DNA of 64,000 nt from Staphylococcus phage BSwM-KMM1: the sequence record OP902294.1; one strand, 5' to 3'. This document shows positions 45,493 to 56,085 of this stretch, piece by piece. A program made the position numbers and the translations under genes. Under the pieces are notes generated by a model, which saw only the letters and a program-made list of their open reading frames with translations, ran no database searches and was not told the DNA's origin. The first letter of the stretch is position 1; the number at the start of each line of letters is the position of its first letter.

Positions 45493-46541
45493 ATGGATAT
45501 TACACAAAAAGTAAAACAACATAATAAAAATGCAGTATTAAAAGCAACAAATTGGAATATTGAAGATGACGGTATGTCTGATATTTATTGGGAGCAAGGA
45601 ATCTCCCAATTTTGGACTCCTGAGGAGTTTGATGTATCTAGAGACTTAAGTTCATGGAACAGTTTATCAGAGAGTGAAAAGAACACTTATAAGAAAGTCC
45701 TTGCAGGGCTCACAGGGCTCGATACGAAGCAAGGAGGGGAAGGTATGAACTTAGTATCCTACCATGAACCAAGACCTAAATACCAGGCTATATTTGCGTT
45801 TATGGGTGGTATGGAGGAGATACATGCTAAATCTTACAGTCATATCTTCACAACATTATTAAGTAACAAAGAAACAAGTTATCTATTAGATACCTGGGTT
45901 GAAGAAAATGATTTCTTAACTGTTAAAGCTCAATTTATTGGATACTACTATGACCAATTACTAAAACCTAACCCTACAGTATTCGATAGATATATGGCTA
46001 AAGTAGCTAGTGCATTCCTAGAAAGTGCATTATTCTACTCGGATTTTATTATCCGTTATTACTTGCAGGCAGAGGTCAAATGACTCAATCAGGAGCTATC
46101 ATTTATAAGATAACTCAAGATGAATCTTATCATGGTTCAGCAGTAGGATTAACAGCTCAATATGATTACAACTCATTAACTGAAGAAGATAAAGTAAGAG
46201 CAGACAAAGAAACTTATGAGTTACTGAACATTCTATATGCAAATGAAGTAGCGTATACACACAGTCTATATGACCCATTAGACTTAAGTGAAGATGTAAT
46301 CAACTATGTACAGTATAACTTTAATAGAGCACTTCAAAACTTAGGTAAAGAAGACTACTTTAATCCTGAACCTTATAACCCTATTGTAGAGAACCAAACC
46401 AATGTAGATAGATTACGAAATGTAGATTTCTTCAGTGGTAAAGCAGATTATGAAAAATCTACAAACATTAAGGATATTAAAGATGAGGATTTCTCATTCT
46501 TAGACAGTAAAGAATATGATACTGCTAAAGAATTCCTATAA
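45493..46541 (+). CDS. nrdF: ribonucleotide reductase small subunit NrdF (349 aa; 1-nt frame change at about 46070)
   Basis: ATG at 45493 after AGGAAGG. Ferritin-like di-iron ligands (EEIHAKSY ... RDESYHG). ORFs 45454-46083 and 46080-46541 join after a 1-nt fix. Confidence 0.8.
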
Positions 46542-46558
46542 AAAGGAGAAAAGATATT

Positions 46559-46888
46559 ATGGATAGAAATGAAGCAATGGATTTATTAAGCAAAACAGAG
46601 ATACTATTTAAAAAACATGATGAGTTTTCATGTGTAAGTGACATAAATGACCCTATCAAGTTATTTAGTAACTCACAAGATGTTAAAGCAGACGATATGT
46701 CTAAGTCATTTCAGTTAGAGTTTATGCATGACATGACCATGTATACTCTATCTTATGGCTCAGGACAGCTAAAGCTTATTGACTTAGCAGAAGGCTATGA
46801 AGCACAGAAAGCAACAGTAGTTAACTCATTTCCCGAAATTATTAAAACATTAGAAAAGGATGATTCAGAAGATGGAAAACATGAATAG
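46559..46888 (+). CDS. hypothetical protein (109 aa)
   Basis: Intact ORF with RBS AAAGGAGAAAAG. Lies in the nrd operon context. Confidence 0.45.
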   Translation: MDRNEAMDLLSKTEILFKKHDEFSCVSDINDPIKLFSNSQDVKADDMSKSFQLEFMHDMTMYTLSYGSGQLKLIDLAEGYEAQKATVVNSFPEIIKTLEKDDSEDGKHE

Positions 46889-47192
46889 TTTAGTAGATTT
46901 AAATACAGCAATTAGACAAAAGAAAGATGTTATTGTAATGATTACACAGGATAACTGTGGTAAATGTGAAATTTTAAAAAGTGTAATTCCGATGTTCCAA
47001 GAGTCAGGGGATATTAATAAACCTATCTTGACACTTAATTTAGATGCAGAAGATGTAGATAGAGAGAAAGCAGTTAAGTTATTTGATATTATGAGTACAC
47101 CAGTACTTTTAGGTTATAAAGATGGAGAACAAGTTAAGAAATACGAAGACCAAGTTACACCAATGCAATTACAAGAATTAGAGTCACTTTAA
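46872..47192 (+). CDS. thioredoxin/glutaredoxin-like protein (106 aa)
   Basis: CGKC active-site motif in VIVMITQDNCGKCEILKSV. Size typical of a thioredoxin fold. Conventionally paired with NrdEF. Confidence 0.65.
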   Translation: MENMNSLVDLNTAIRQKKDVIVMITQDNCGKCEILKSVIPMFQESGDINKPILTLNLDAEDVDREKAVKLFDIMSTPVLLGYKDGEQVKKYEDQVTPMQLQELESL

Positions 47193-47193
47193 T

Positions 47194-47222
47194 TTGGAAT
47201 TTCCTACTATCTGTGCTATACT
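47194..47222 (+). promoter_or_regulatory. sigma-A-like promoter TTGGAA-N17-TATACT overlapping a hairpin
   Basis: Hexamers at 47194-47199 and 47217-47222. CCTACTAT (47203-47210) pairs with GTAGTAGG (47237-47244) and is followed by ATTTTTTT, so the -10 element sits inside a potential stem-loop/terminator. Confidence 0.45.
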
Positions 47223-47399
47223 ATAATAGTACAAGGTAGTAGGATTTTTTTAATGAAAGGAAGATGACATATCGCAAAGAATAAAACATTAACGATATAT
47301 AATAGTGATAGGTATTTTAATATACACACAAAAGATAAGGATAAGATTAATGAAGCAATTAAAGTAACACACGGTAATGAGGAAGAAATTGAAAAAGAT

Positions 47400-47996
47400 A
47401 TGGATGAATTAATATCTAAATCTAAAAGATACATTATGAGAGATGACAAGCACTACATGCTATTCAACGAGAAATACAATAATGACAGATTGATTGAAAA
47501 AGTATGTAAACATGGTGGTAAAATTACATACTATACAGACTCAGTATTACCCTATTATGTATTAAAGGATTTATCCAGTCACCCTGACTCAGAAGTTGTT
47601 TATCGAATGCGTAATGGTTTTACCTCTAAAGAGGTAGATAATATTGCTTTATCATTCATGGGAACAAAAGTAATTATTGATATTTCTGTAGTATTCCCTT
47701 ACGTTAATCCTTATGATATTATTAGAAGTTTACATGATATCAAAACAAATGTAGATGAGGTTCATTTATCATTCCCTCGTATATTAGAAGTAGATGAGAA
47801 ACAAGAAAAGTTTTATTTCTTTGATGGTGAAGCTTATGATGTAAAACCTGAATATAAAGTAGACTTTGCTGACAAAGTTAGAGTATCTCTATCGGTATGG
47901 AAAATGTATATCTATATCTTAACAAGTAGTCATGATTTTGAAGATGTAGATGCAGTTATTACAAAATTAAAACAACAAAGAAAGATTAAGATATAA
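47400..47996 (+). CDS. hypothetical protein (N-terminus probably extends to ATG 47264 across a 1-nt frame change)
   Basis: 198-aa ORF. The frame is open from 47268, and ATG 47264 (MTYRK) lies one frame off. Confidence 0.45.
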   Translation: MDELISKSKRYIMRDDKHYMLFNEKYNNDRLIEKVCKHGGKITYYTDSVLPYYVLKDLSSHPDSEVVYRMRNGFTSKEVDNIALSFMGTKVIIDISVVFPYVNPYDIIRSLHDIKTNVDEVHLSFPRILEVDEKQEKFYFFDGEAYDVKPEYKVDFADKVRVSLSVWKMYIYILTSSHDFEDVDAVITKLKQQRKIKI

Positions 47997-48005
47997 GGTG
48001 ATTAT

Positions 48006-48311
48006 ATGAGTACAGCAAACAGAAGAGACATAGCAAGGAAGATATCAGAGAATACCGGGTATTATATACAGGATGTAGAAGAGATACTAAGTGCAGAAAC
48101 TGATGCTATCTCTACTTTACTAGAAGAAGGGTACACTAAAGTAAAGAACCATAAATTTATGCAAATAGAAGTTATAGAGAGGAAAGGTAAGAAAGCATGG
48201 GATGGTCTTAATAAAGAATACTTCCACTTACCTAATAGAAAAGCTATAAAATTTAAACCTTTAAAGGAATTAGAGGAAGTTATAGAACGACTTAACGAAG
48301 AAGAGAAATAA
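48006..48311 (+). CDS. HU/IHF-like DNA-binding protein
   Basis: 101 aa. The pattern RRDIARKISENTG...VEEIL...G..V....F...EV..R.....NP.T.E....P....IKFKP.K matches the bacterial histone-like (HU/IHF) fold signature. Confidence 0.6.
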   Translation: MSTANRRDIARKISENTGYYIQDVEEILSAETDAISTLLEEGYTKVKNHKFMQIEVIERKGKKAWDGLNKEYFHLPNRKAIKFKPLKELEEVIERLNEEEK

Positions 48312-48325
48312 ATCTCTTCTTTTTT
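48300..48325 (+). terminator. rho-independent terminator overlapping the HU-like gene stop
   Basis: GAAGAGA/TCTCTTC stem, 6-nt loop containing the TAA stop, then TTTTTT. Confidence 0.65.
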
Positions 48326-48326
48326 A

Positions 48327-48355
48327 TTGACAAGGATTAAAATGTATGGTATAGT
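48327..48355 (+). promoter_or_regulatory. sigma-A-like promoter TTGACA-N17-TATAGT
   Basis: Directly after the terminator and upstream of polA, whose RBS is AAAAGGAGAGGG. Confidence 0.6.
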
Positions 48356-48384
48356 ATTATTAAGTTAAAAAGGAGAGGGATTTA

Positions 48385-51300
48385 ATGAAAGTATTAATTT
48401 TATTCGACCACATTAGAGAAGAACACTTTTCAGTAAGTAAAGATGGGAGTGTGAAGTCTAACGTATTAAATACACCAAACGGAAAAACACTTAAGAAATT
48501 ACTTGAGAAGTGTTCTAATTTAAAACGAGATAAATCAAACAGAGATTATGATATTGATTTTCTCTATAATGCAGTACCTACACCGATTAGAAATGATTAT
48601 GGTAAAATTATTAAGTATCAAGATATTAAACAAGCAGAGGTTAAACCTTACTATGAGAGAATGAATAACCTTATTATTGATAATGCTTACGATATGATTA
48701 TTCCTTTAGGTAAACTAGGTGTTAAGTATTTGTTAAACGTTAGTGCTATTAGTAAAGTAAGAGGGGTACCTAGTAAAGTAACTATTGAGAGTGAAACATC
48801 TTCTCACGATGTATGGGTACTACCTACATACAGCATTGAGTACACTAATGTAAATAAAAATAGTGAACGTCACGTTGTATCAGATTTACAAACTGTAGGT
48901 AAATTTGTAGAACAAGGAGAAGAAGCATTCAGACCTAAAGAGGTATCCTACGAGCTAGTAGATACTATTGAGAGAGTAAGAGAAGTATTTAACAAAGAAG
49001 TAAAAAATGATAATTATGATGGTGTAGATATCACTGCATGGGACTTAGAGACTAACTCTTTGAAACCTGATAAAGAAGGAAGTAAACCTTTAGTACTATC
49101 TCTATCATGGAGAAATGGTCAAGGTGTAACTATACCTTTATACAAATCAGACTTTAATTGGAAAAATGGTCAAGATGATATTAACGAGGTATTAGAATTA
49201 TTAAAGAATTGGTTAGCCAGTAAAGAAGATATTAAGGTAGCACACAACGGTAAGTATGATATCAAGTTCTTAATGAGCACTGAAGACTTTAGAGACTTTG
49301 AAAGTATTCAGGATACTAAAGTAGGGTGGTACTTAGCTGTAACACAAGAAGTTAAAGAATCATTAAGATTATCTGATTTAGCCTATGAAGTAACAGATGT
49401 AGGTGGATATGATAAACCGCTAGAGGATTTTAAAATGTGGTTTGTTACTAAGTTATTGAGATTCTTCTCAGATAAAGTTAAAGAAATACAAAAAGAGAAT
49501 AAAAAGATTGCTAAAAAAGAATATGATATTAAAGCTCCTGAGTATAAAGAATGGTTAGATAATAAGTTAGAAGAAATGACAGGGGAGAGTGAGTTAGAAA
49601 ACAAATATACTCAGTTAGGATTAACACCTGAGGTTGTTAACATGAATTATACTATGGAAGATGACTTTAAGGCTATTGCAGAACAATCACCTGAATATAT
49701 GGGATTATCTAATGAAGCTAAGTCATATACCTTAAATACCGCAATTGATTTAATTAACAAGTATAGAGATGCAAAAGATGTAGTTAATGATATTGATGGA
49801 GGTAACTTTAACTATGATTGGTTCCCTATCGAGTTAATGCATCCATATGCATCAGGAGATACAGATGTATGTAGAAGAATTCACTGTGATGTAGTTAAGA
49901 AATTAGAAGAACAAGATAGACCTAAGTCAATGCATTTATTAGAAGTTAACTATCCTAGATTAACTAAATCATTAGCTAGAATTGAATCAAATGGTTTGTA
50001 TTGTGACTTAGATTACATGAAAGAGAATGATGAGTCATACGAGTCTGAGATGGCTAAGAACCACGCTACTATGAGAGAGCATTGGGCTGTTAAAGAGTTT
50101 GAAGAGTATCAGTATAACCTTTATCAAATGGCTTTAGAAGAGCACGAGAAGAAACCTAAGGATAGAGATAAGGATATTCATCAATATAGAGATAAATTTA
50201 AAGACGGTAAATGGATGTTTTCACCTAGTTCAGGAGACCATAAGGGTAGAGTTATTTACGATATACTAGGTATTCAATTACCTTATGATAAAGAGTATGT
50301 TAAAGATAAACCTTTTAATGCTAATGTTAAAGAAGCAGACCTTACTTGGCAGGACTACAAAACAGATAAAAAGCTATTGGGTATGCATTAGATAACTTAG
50401 ATTTAAAAGATGATGTTAAAGAGCTTCTTGAGTTGCTTAAATACCATGCTAGTATGCAAACAAAACGTAACTCATTTACTAAGAAATTACCTAATATGAT
50501 TAATAAACAAAAACGAACATTACATGGTTCTTTCTCTGAGACAGGTACAGAGACATCAAGACTAAGTAGTAGTAATCCTAACTTACAGAACTTACCTGCT
50601 CACACATCAGACGTAAACAAATTTGACTATAAGCACCCTATTAAACGTTCATTTGTTTCTAGATTTGAAAATGGAGTACTACTAGGAGCCGACTATAGTG
50701 CCTTAGAGATGCGTATTATTGGATTATTTACTAAAGACCCTGATATGCTACAATCATTCCTAAATGGTGAAGATATTCATAAGGCTACTGCAAGTATTGT
50801 TTATAACAAACCAGTAGAAGAAGTAACTAAAGAAGAAAGACAAGCAACTAAAGCAGTTAACTTCGGATTAGCCTTCGGTGAATCACCATTCTCATTTGCA
50901 GGTAAAAACAATATGTCAGTAGAAGAAGCAGAAGAGATATTTGAAAAGTACTTCCAAACTAAACCTAGTGTAAAAACTTCTATTGACAATGTACATGAGT
51001 TTGTGCAACAATATGGTTATGTTGATACGATGCATGGTCATAGACGCTTCATCCGTTCAGCTCAATCAGGAGAAAAGAAAATAAGAAATGAAGGGTTAAG
51101 ACAATCATTTAATACTATCATTCAAGGTTCAGGTAGTTTCTTAACAAATATGTCTTTAACTTACTTAGATGACTTTATTCAATCTCGTAACTTGAAATCA
51201 AAAGTTATTGCCACAGTACACGATAGTATTTTAATTGACTGTCCTCCTGAGGAAGCTAAGTTAATGGCTAAGGTAACAATCCATGTTATGGAGAACTTAC

Positions 51301-51569
51301 CATTTGATTTCTTAAAAGCTGAAATTGGTGGTAGAGAAGTACAATACCCTATTGAAGCAGATATGGAAATTGGTTTAAATTATAATGATATGGTAGATTA
51401 CGATGAGGAAGAAATTGAGACATTTAATTCTTACCAAGGTTATATTAAATATATGATGAATTTACAAACATTAGAAGATTACAAAGAGTCAGGTAAATTA
51501 ACTGATGAGCAATTTGAAAAAGCTACTAATGTAGTTAAAGGTGAGAAATCTATCTATCAAGAAATTTAA
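48385..51569 (+). CDS. polA: DNA polymerase A family with 3'-5' exonuclease domain (about 1061 aa; A-run frame change at about 50375)
   Basis: Exo I motif ITAWDLETNSL. Polymerase motif A LGADYSALEMRI, motif B ATKAVNFGLAFG and motif C VHDSILID. ORFs 48385-50391 and 50433-51569 are joined by the open frame ...DKKAIGYALDNLDLKDDVKELLELLKYHASMQTK... after restoring one A. No intron or intein. Confidence 0.85.
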
Positions 51570-51576
51570 AAAAGTA

Positions 51577-51604
51577 TTGACAAAAGGATAACTTATGTTA
51601 TACT
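51577..51604 (+). promoter_or_regulatory. sigma-A-like promoter TTGACA-N16-TATACT
   Basis: Lies 8 nt after the polA stop. Confidence 0.55.
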
Positions 51605-51636
51605 AGTTAAGTAATAAGTATAAGGAGGAAAAAGCA

Positions 51637-51879
51637 ATGAATACCGGAGAAATTAGATTTAATAAATCTATGGATGAGTGGGTTATAACAAGCATGTACC
51701 AAGATAACTTAGGTGAAATGAATATTGTTATTACATTCTATAGTAGAGAAGAAAATAAACATGGTTCTATGGTTTTACCTGCTGAGTCATCTACTGGAGA
51801 AGTAGCAGAAGAGTTAGAAAATATTGAGCATGAATATCCTTTAGCTTTACCTTTAGGCAATATTACTGTGAACATTTAG
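51637..51879 (+). CDS. hypothetical protein
   Basis: 80-aa ORF with RBS AAGGAGGAAAAAG. Confidence 0.45.
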   Translation: MNTGEIRFNKSMDEWVITSMYQDNLGEMNIVITFYSREENKHGSMVLPAESSTGEVAEELENIEHEYPLALPLGNITVNI

Positions 51880-51892
51880 GAGGAACTGATAA

Positions 51893-52374
51893 ATGGAGAT
51901 ACACATTGATTCATTAGACTTTACAAATTTTACGATTAAAGATAGAAATGGTAACTCACAAGATTTTGATATTACAGATGAATTAAAGATTACAGAGTAT
52001 ACAATACAAGAAGACTTTATGCAACAGTCAGCTAAATATGCTTTTGGGCTTCTATATTAGAGAAGGTAAGAGCTTATTCTGAAATGGAACAAAGAAACTT
52101 AGAAACAATTGGTAGTAAGTTAAATCTTACTATTAGACAAGAATACGAACAGCAAGGCAAGAAACCTACAAAAGATATGATTGAGTCTAGTGTATATATT
52201 CATGACTCTTATCAACAACAGCTTAAAGTTGTTGAGGCTTGGAATTATAAAGTTAAACAACTCCAATATGTTGTAAAAGCTTTTGAGACTAGGAGAGATA
52301 TGATGATACAACTAGGTGCAGAGTTAAGACAGACAAATAAAAATGGTGGAATTACGAACCCATTTTCACATTAA
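51893..52374 (+). CDS. hypothetical protein of about 160 aa (T-run frame change at about 52042)
   Basis: MEIHIDSLDFTNF... joins ORF 52084-52374 through ...AKYAF(W)ASILEKVRAYSEMEQRN.... Confidence 0.4.
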
Positions 52375-52394
52375 AAAATAATTTAAAAATATAG

Positions 52395-52423
52395 TTGACA
52401 AACATACGGAAGTATGATACAAT
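52395..52423 (+). promoter_or_regulatory. sigma-A-like promoter TTGACA-N17-TACAAT
   Basis: Upstream of the 52460 ORF, whose RBS is AAAGGAGAAAAG. Confidence 0.55.
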
Positions 52424-52459
52424 AAATAAGTAAATTAATTAAAAGGAGAAAAGATAACT

Positions 52460-53638
52460 ATGGATTTCAATCAATTTATTAACAATGAGGCAAGCAAATT
52501 AGAAAGTGGAAACAGTACTTTTAACAATAACAGTGGTGAAAGTTATAAACCTAAGAACCCTGTATTACGATTAGGTAACGTTAGAGATGCAAATGGAAAA
52601 AAATCAGTTAAAGAGAATGCTCTTGTACGAGTATTACCACCTGCACAAGGAACAAATGTTTTCTTTAAAGAATTTAGAGCAACAGGTATTAACTACACTA
52701 AGAAAGACGGTTCTCAAGGGTTCACAGGATTAACATTACCTGCAGAACAAGGTTCATCGGTACTTGACCCTTATATTGATAATTGGATAGCAAATAGTGT
52801 TCAATTCAGTAAATTCCCTAATAAACCTGCAGTACGTTATTACATTCACGTTATTGAATACTTTAATAATAACGGACAAATTCAACCTAAAACAGATTCA
52901 CAAGGTAATATTATGGTACAACCTATGGAATTATCTAATACAGGTTACAAAGAGTTATTAGCAAACCTTAAGGATACTATGTTAAAACCGTCACCTAATG
53001 CACCTCATAGCTTTATTTCAGCAAATGAAGCATTCTTAGTTAATATTGCTAAAGCTAAGAAAGGTGAAATGTCATGGAAAGTAAGTGTTTATCCTAATGC
53101 TCCGCTAGGTGCTTTACCTCAAGGTTGGGAACAACAATTATCTGACTTAGAGAAATTAGCAAAACCAACAGAAGAACAAAACCCTAACTTTGTTAACTTC
53201 TTAATTAATAACGTTAATAACACAGAATTAAGTCATGATAACTTTAAATTCAATCGTGAGTCTAATGTGTTAGGTGAAGAGCCTTCAGCACCTAAGCAAG
53301 AGCCTACACAACAAGATATAGATAGTCAGATTCCAAATAATATTGGTGGACAACAACAGGCTCCTGTGCAGTCACAGCAACCACAACAACAACAAGGTAA
53401 TGTTGATTGGAATAACCTAGCTCAACAACAATCACAACCTGACTCAAACCCTTTCAATGACTTTGATGTAAATAGTATTGATGATGTACAAGTACCTTTT
53501 GATACTCAACCTCAAAATACACAACAAGCACCTGAACCACAACCTGAACCACAACAAGCTACTCAAGAACCACCAAAACAAAATAAAACACAAAGCATTG
53601 ACGATGTATTAGGTAGTTTAGATTTAGATAACCTATAA
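52460..53638 (+). CDS. hypothetical protein, possibly a single-stranded DNA-binding protein
   Basis: 392 aa. Globular N-terminal 270 aa, then a Q/P-rich low-complexity linker (QQQAPVQSQQPQQQQ...PEPQPEPQQ) and an acidic C-terminal tail DDVLGSLDLDNL. This architecture is typical of SSBs. It sits between the polymerase and the recombinase. Confidence 0.35.
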   Translation: MDFNQFINNEASKLESGNSTFNNNSGESYKPKNPVLRLGNVRDANGKKSVKENALVRVLPPAQGTNVFFKEFRATGINYTKKDGSQGFTGLTLPAEQGSSVLDPYIDNWIANSVQFSKFPNKPAVRYYIHVIEYFNNNGQIQPKTDSQGNIMVQPMELSNTGYKELLANLKDTMLKPSPNAPHSFISANEAFLVNIAKAKKGEMSWKVSVYPNAPLGALPQGWEQQLSDLEKLAKPTEEQNPNFVNFLINNVNNTELSHDNFKFNRESNVLGEEPSAPKQEPTQQDIDSQIPNNIGGQQQAPVQSQQPQQQQGNVDWNNLAQQQSQPDSNPFNDFDVNSIDDVQVPFDTQPQNTQQAPEPQPEPQQATQEPPKQNKTQSIDDVLGSLDLDNL

Positions 53639-53643
53639 GATAT

Positions 53644-53670
53644 AGAGTGCCTGAGAGCACTCTTTTATTT
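53644..53670 (+). terminator. rho-independent terminator
   Basis: AGAGTGC/GCACTCT stem, 6-nt loop, then TTTTATTT. Confidence 0.7.
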
Positions 53671-53697
53671 AAGATACAATTATTAGGAGGACATTAA

Positions 53698-54956
53698 ATG
53701 GCAAGAGCAAAAAAGGTAAAGAAGTAGATTTAACAGATTTAAATACAATTGATTTAGGTAAAGAGTTAGGGTTAACATTATTATCTGATAGTAATAGAGC
53801 AGATATTAAAAATGTTATACCTACAATGATTCCTCAGTACGATTATATCTTAGGTGGAGGTATTCCATTAGGTAGATTGACAGAGGTTTATGGTTTGACT
53901 GGTAGTGGTAAATCTACTTTTGCAGTTCATTTATCTAGAATTGCAACACAGCTAGGCGTTATTACTATTTGGATTGATATTGAAGGAACCGCAGATAATA
54001 ACCGTATGGAGCAATTGGGAGTAGATGTAACTAAACTATTTGCTATTCAAGCAGGAGAAGATAGACTTAAAAATGTAACAGAGTTATCTGTAGAGGCTGT
54101 AGGTAAAGAATTAGAACATTGGATTGACACCTTTAATGAGAAGGTTCCAGGAATACCTATTATCTTTATTTGGGACTCATTAGGAGCTACAAGAACTCAG
54201 AAAGAGATTGATGGCGGTATTGATGAGAAACAAATGGGACTTAAAGCATCTGCTACTCAGAAAGTTATTAATGCAGTAACACCTAAATTAAATGATACAA
54301 ACACAGGATTAATTGTTATTAACCAAGCTCGTGACGATATGAATGCAGGTATGTATGGTGACCCTATTAAGTCTACCGGAGGAAGAGCATTTGAACATAG
54401 TGCTAGCTTACGTATTAAAGTTCATAAAGCTTCACAATTAAAACAGCAAAGTGAATTGACAGGTAAAGACGAATATCACGGTCATATTATGCGTATTGAG
54501 ACTAAGAAATCCAAATTGTCTAGACCAGGACAAAAAGCAGAAGCAGACTTACTTTCAGGATATGTAGTAGGTAGTAAAGATGACCCTATAGAATTAAATG
54601 GTATTGACTTAGAGCATATTATTTACAGTGAAGCAGTAGCACGAGGTTTAATTACTAAAGGAGCATGGAGAAACTATGTAACACTTAACGGAGAAGAAAT
54701 TAAACTTAGAGATGCTGAATGGGTACCTAGACTTAAAGATGATAGAGGGCTTTATTTAGAATTAGTTAGTAGAGTATATGAAAGTTTATTCCCTAATGGG
54801 TACTCACCACTAGACAATACTAAAGTAGACCTATTACAACTAGAAGAGTATCAAGCACTAGAAAAACATTACGCTGAGTTAGAAGAAGAAAATAATAAAC
54901 AAGAAGAACAAGAGGAAGAAATAAAAGGAGAATCTCAAGAAAAGGATTCTGAATAA
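53698..54956 (+). CDS. RecA/UvsX-like recombinase of about 419 aa (A-run frame change at about 53715)
   Basis: ATG 53698 after AGGAGG. MARAKK(G)KEVDLTDLNTIDLGKELG... joins ORF 53826-54956. Walker A GLTGSGKST, Walker B IIFIWDSLGA, acidic C-terminus. Confidence 0.8.
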
Positions 54957-54959
54957 TAG

Positions 54960-55139
54960 ATGGATAATTTAATAGATAAAAATATGAACCAGGTAAGAGA
55001 ATCTTTGGGGAATGCAAATTCCTCAGATGTTCTTCCTTTACCTTATAAAGATATAGCAAAGAAATTTGAAGAAGTAAAAGAAAAGGTGAATCAATTATCA
55101 TTGAAGAAGGTGGATTCCCTTACACAGATTCTACAGTAA
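54960..55139 (+). CDS. small 59-aa protein
   Basis: MDNLIDKNMNQVRESLGNANSSDVLPLPYKDIAKKFEEVKEKVNQLSLKKVDSLTQILQ. Its stop overlaps the next ATG (TAATG). Confidence 0.3.
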   Translation: MDNLIDKNMNQVRESLGNANSSDVLPLPYKDIAKKFEEVKEKVNQLSLKKVDSLTQILQ

Positions 55140-55915
55140 TGTATATTGAACATGTAACTGATAGATGGGCGGGAGGATACTCCTTAATCAGACATGAAGG
55201 TGAAGAAGTTAAGGTACCTAAAACTATTCATTTCTCTGATATATATGTTAAGGATAAGTCACATAAAGTAAGAATAATCTTCGAGGGGCTAATCCTTATG
55301 AAGAAAGCTAGTAATGGTAATAGATACGTAGTAGATGTAGACGGTATCCCTGCTGATTTTGAAAGGGACTTAGATAGCCTACTTAACAGATATAAAAACC
55401 TTCGATGGGCATTATACCATAAGTATGCAGGGATATTATCGAACGATTTTGAAAGACAAGAGTTAAGAGAATACATTGATGAGCAATTTATTAAATTAGT
55501 TAAAGAATATAATATTAGAAGTAAAGTAGATTTCCCTGGATATATTAAAGCTAAACTAACTTTAAGAGTTCAAAATAGTTACGTTAAAAAGAATGAGAAG
55601 TATAAGCGTACTGAAATAATAGGTAAAAAGGATTATACAGTAGAATCACTAACAGAAGACTTAAATGAAGATTTTGAAGATAGTCAAATTATGAGTTATG
55701 TATTTGATGATATTGAATTTACAGAAATTCAAAGTGAGCTACTGAAAGAGTTACTTATTAACCCTGAAAGAGAAGACGATGCTTTTATAGTTTCTCAGGT
55801 AGCAGAGAAATTTGATATGAAGAGAAAAGAAGTAGCAAGTGAATTGACAGAGCTAAGAGATTATGTTAGATTTAAAATAAATGCATACCATGAGTACTAT
55901 GCTAAAAAGAATTAA
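55139..55915 (+). CDS. sigma-70-family-like transcription factor (candidate late sigma factor)
   Basis: 258-aa ORF. The middle segment FIKLVKEYNIRSKVDFPGYIKAKLTLRVQN resembles sigma region 2.2-2.4. The C-terminal IVSQVAEKFDMKRKEVASELTELRDYVRF resembles a region 4 HTH. Position after the RecA-like gene matches K-like phages. Confidence 0.5.
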   Translation: MYIEHVTDRWAGGYSLIRHEGEEVKVPKTIHFSDIYVKDKSHKVRIIFEGLILMKKASNGNRYVVDVDGIPADFERDLDSLLNRYKNLRWALYHKYAGILSNDFERQELREYIDEQFIKLVKEYNIRSKVDFPGYIKAKLTLRVQNSYVKKNEKYKRTEIIGKKDYTVESLTEDLNEDFEDSQIMSYVFDDIEFTEIQSELLKELLINPEREDDAFIVSQVAEKFDMKRKEVASELTELRDYVRFKINAYHEYYAKKN

Positions 55916-55956
55916 ATAACCATAAAGTTAATACTGAAAATCATATTTGGGAAAAC

Positions 55957-55986
55957 TAGTTACAGTGCCTTCCTTGTGTTATATTA
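55957..55986 (+). promoter_or_regulatory. candidate late promoter TAGTTA-N17-TGTTATATTA inside a long hairpin
   Basis: The motif class plus flanking stem TGCCTTCC (55966-55973) / GGAAGGC (56024-56030) followed by TTTTTCT. Upstream of structural gene 56086. Confidence 0.45.
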
Positions 55987-56085
55987 TTATCGAGAATTCA
56001 ATAATAAAGCATAGGGAAGGCTTTTTCTATGTCTTATAGAATGCTTTAAAATAGATTACTAAAATAAAGATTGGAGATTAAGCTT

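Noticed and set aside
50391-50433. Gap between the two polA ORFs as a possible group I intron or intein
   Set aside because: The gap is only 42 bp and the alternative frame reads straight through with sensible polymerase sequence. It is a single missing A, not an intervening sequence.
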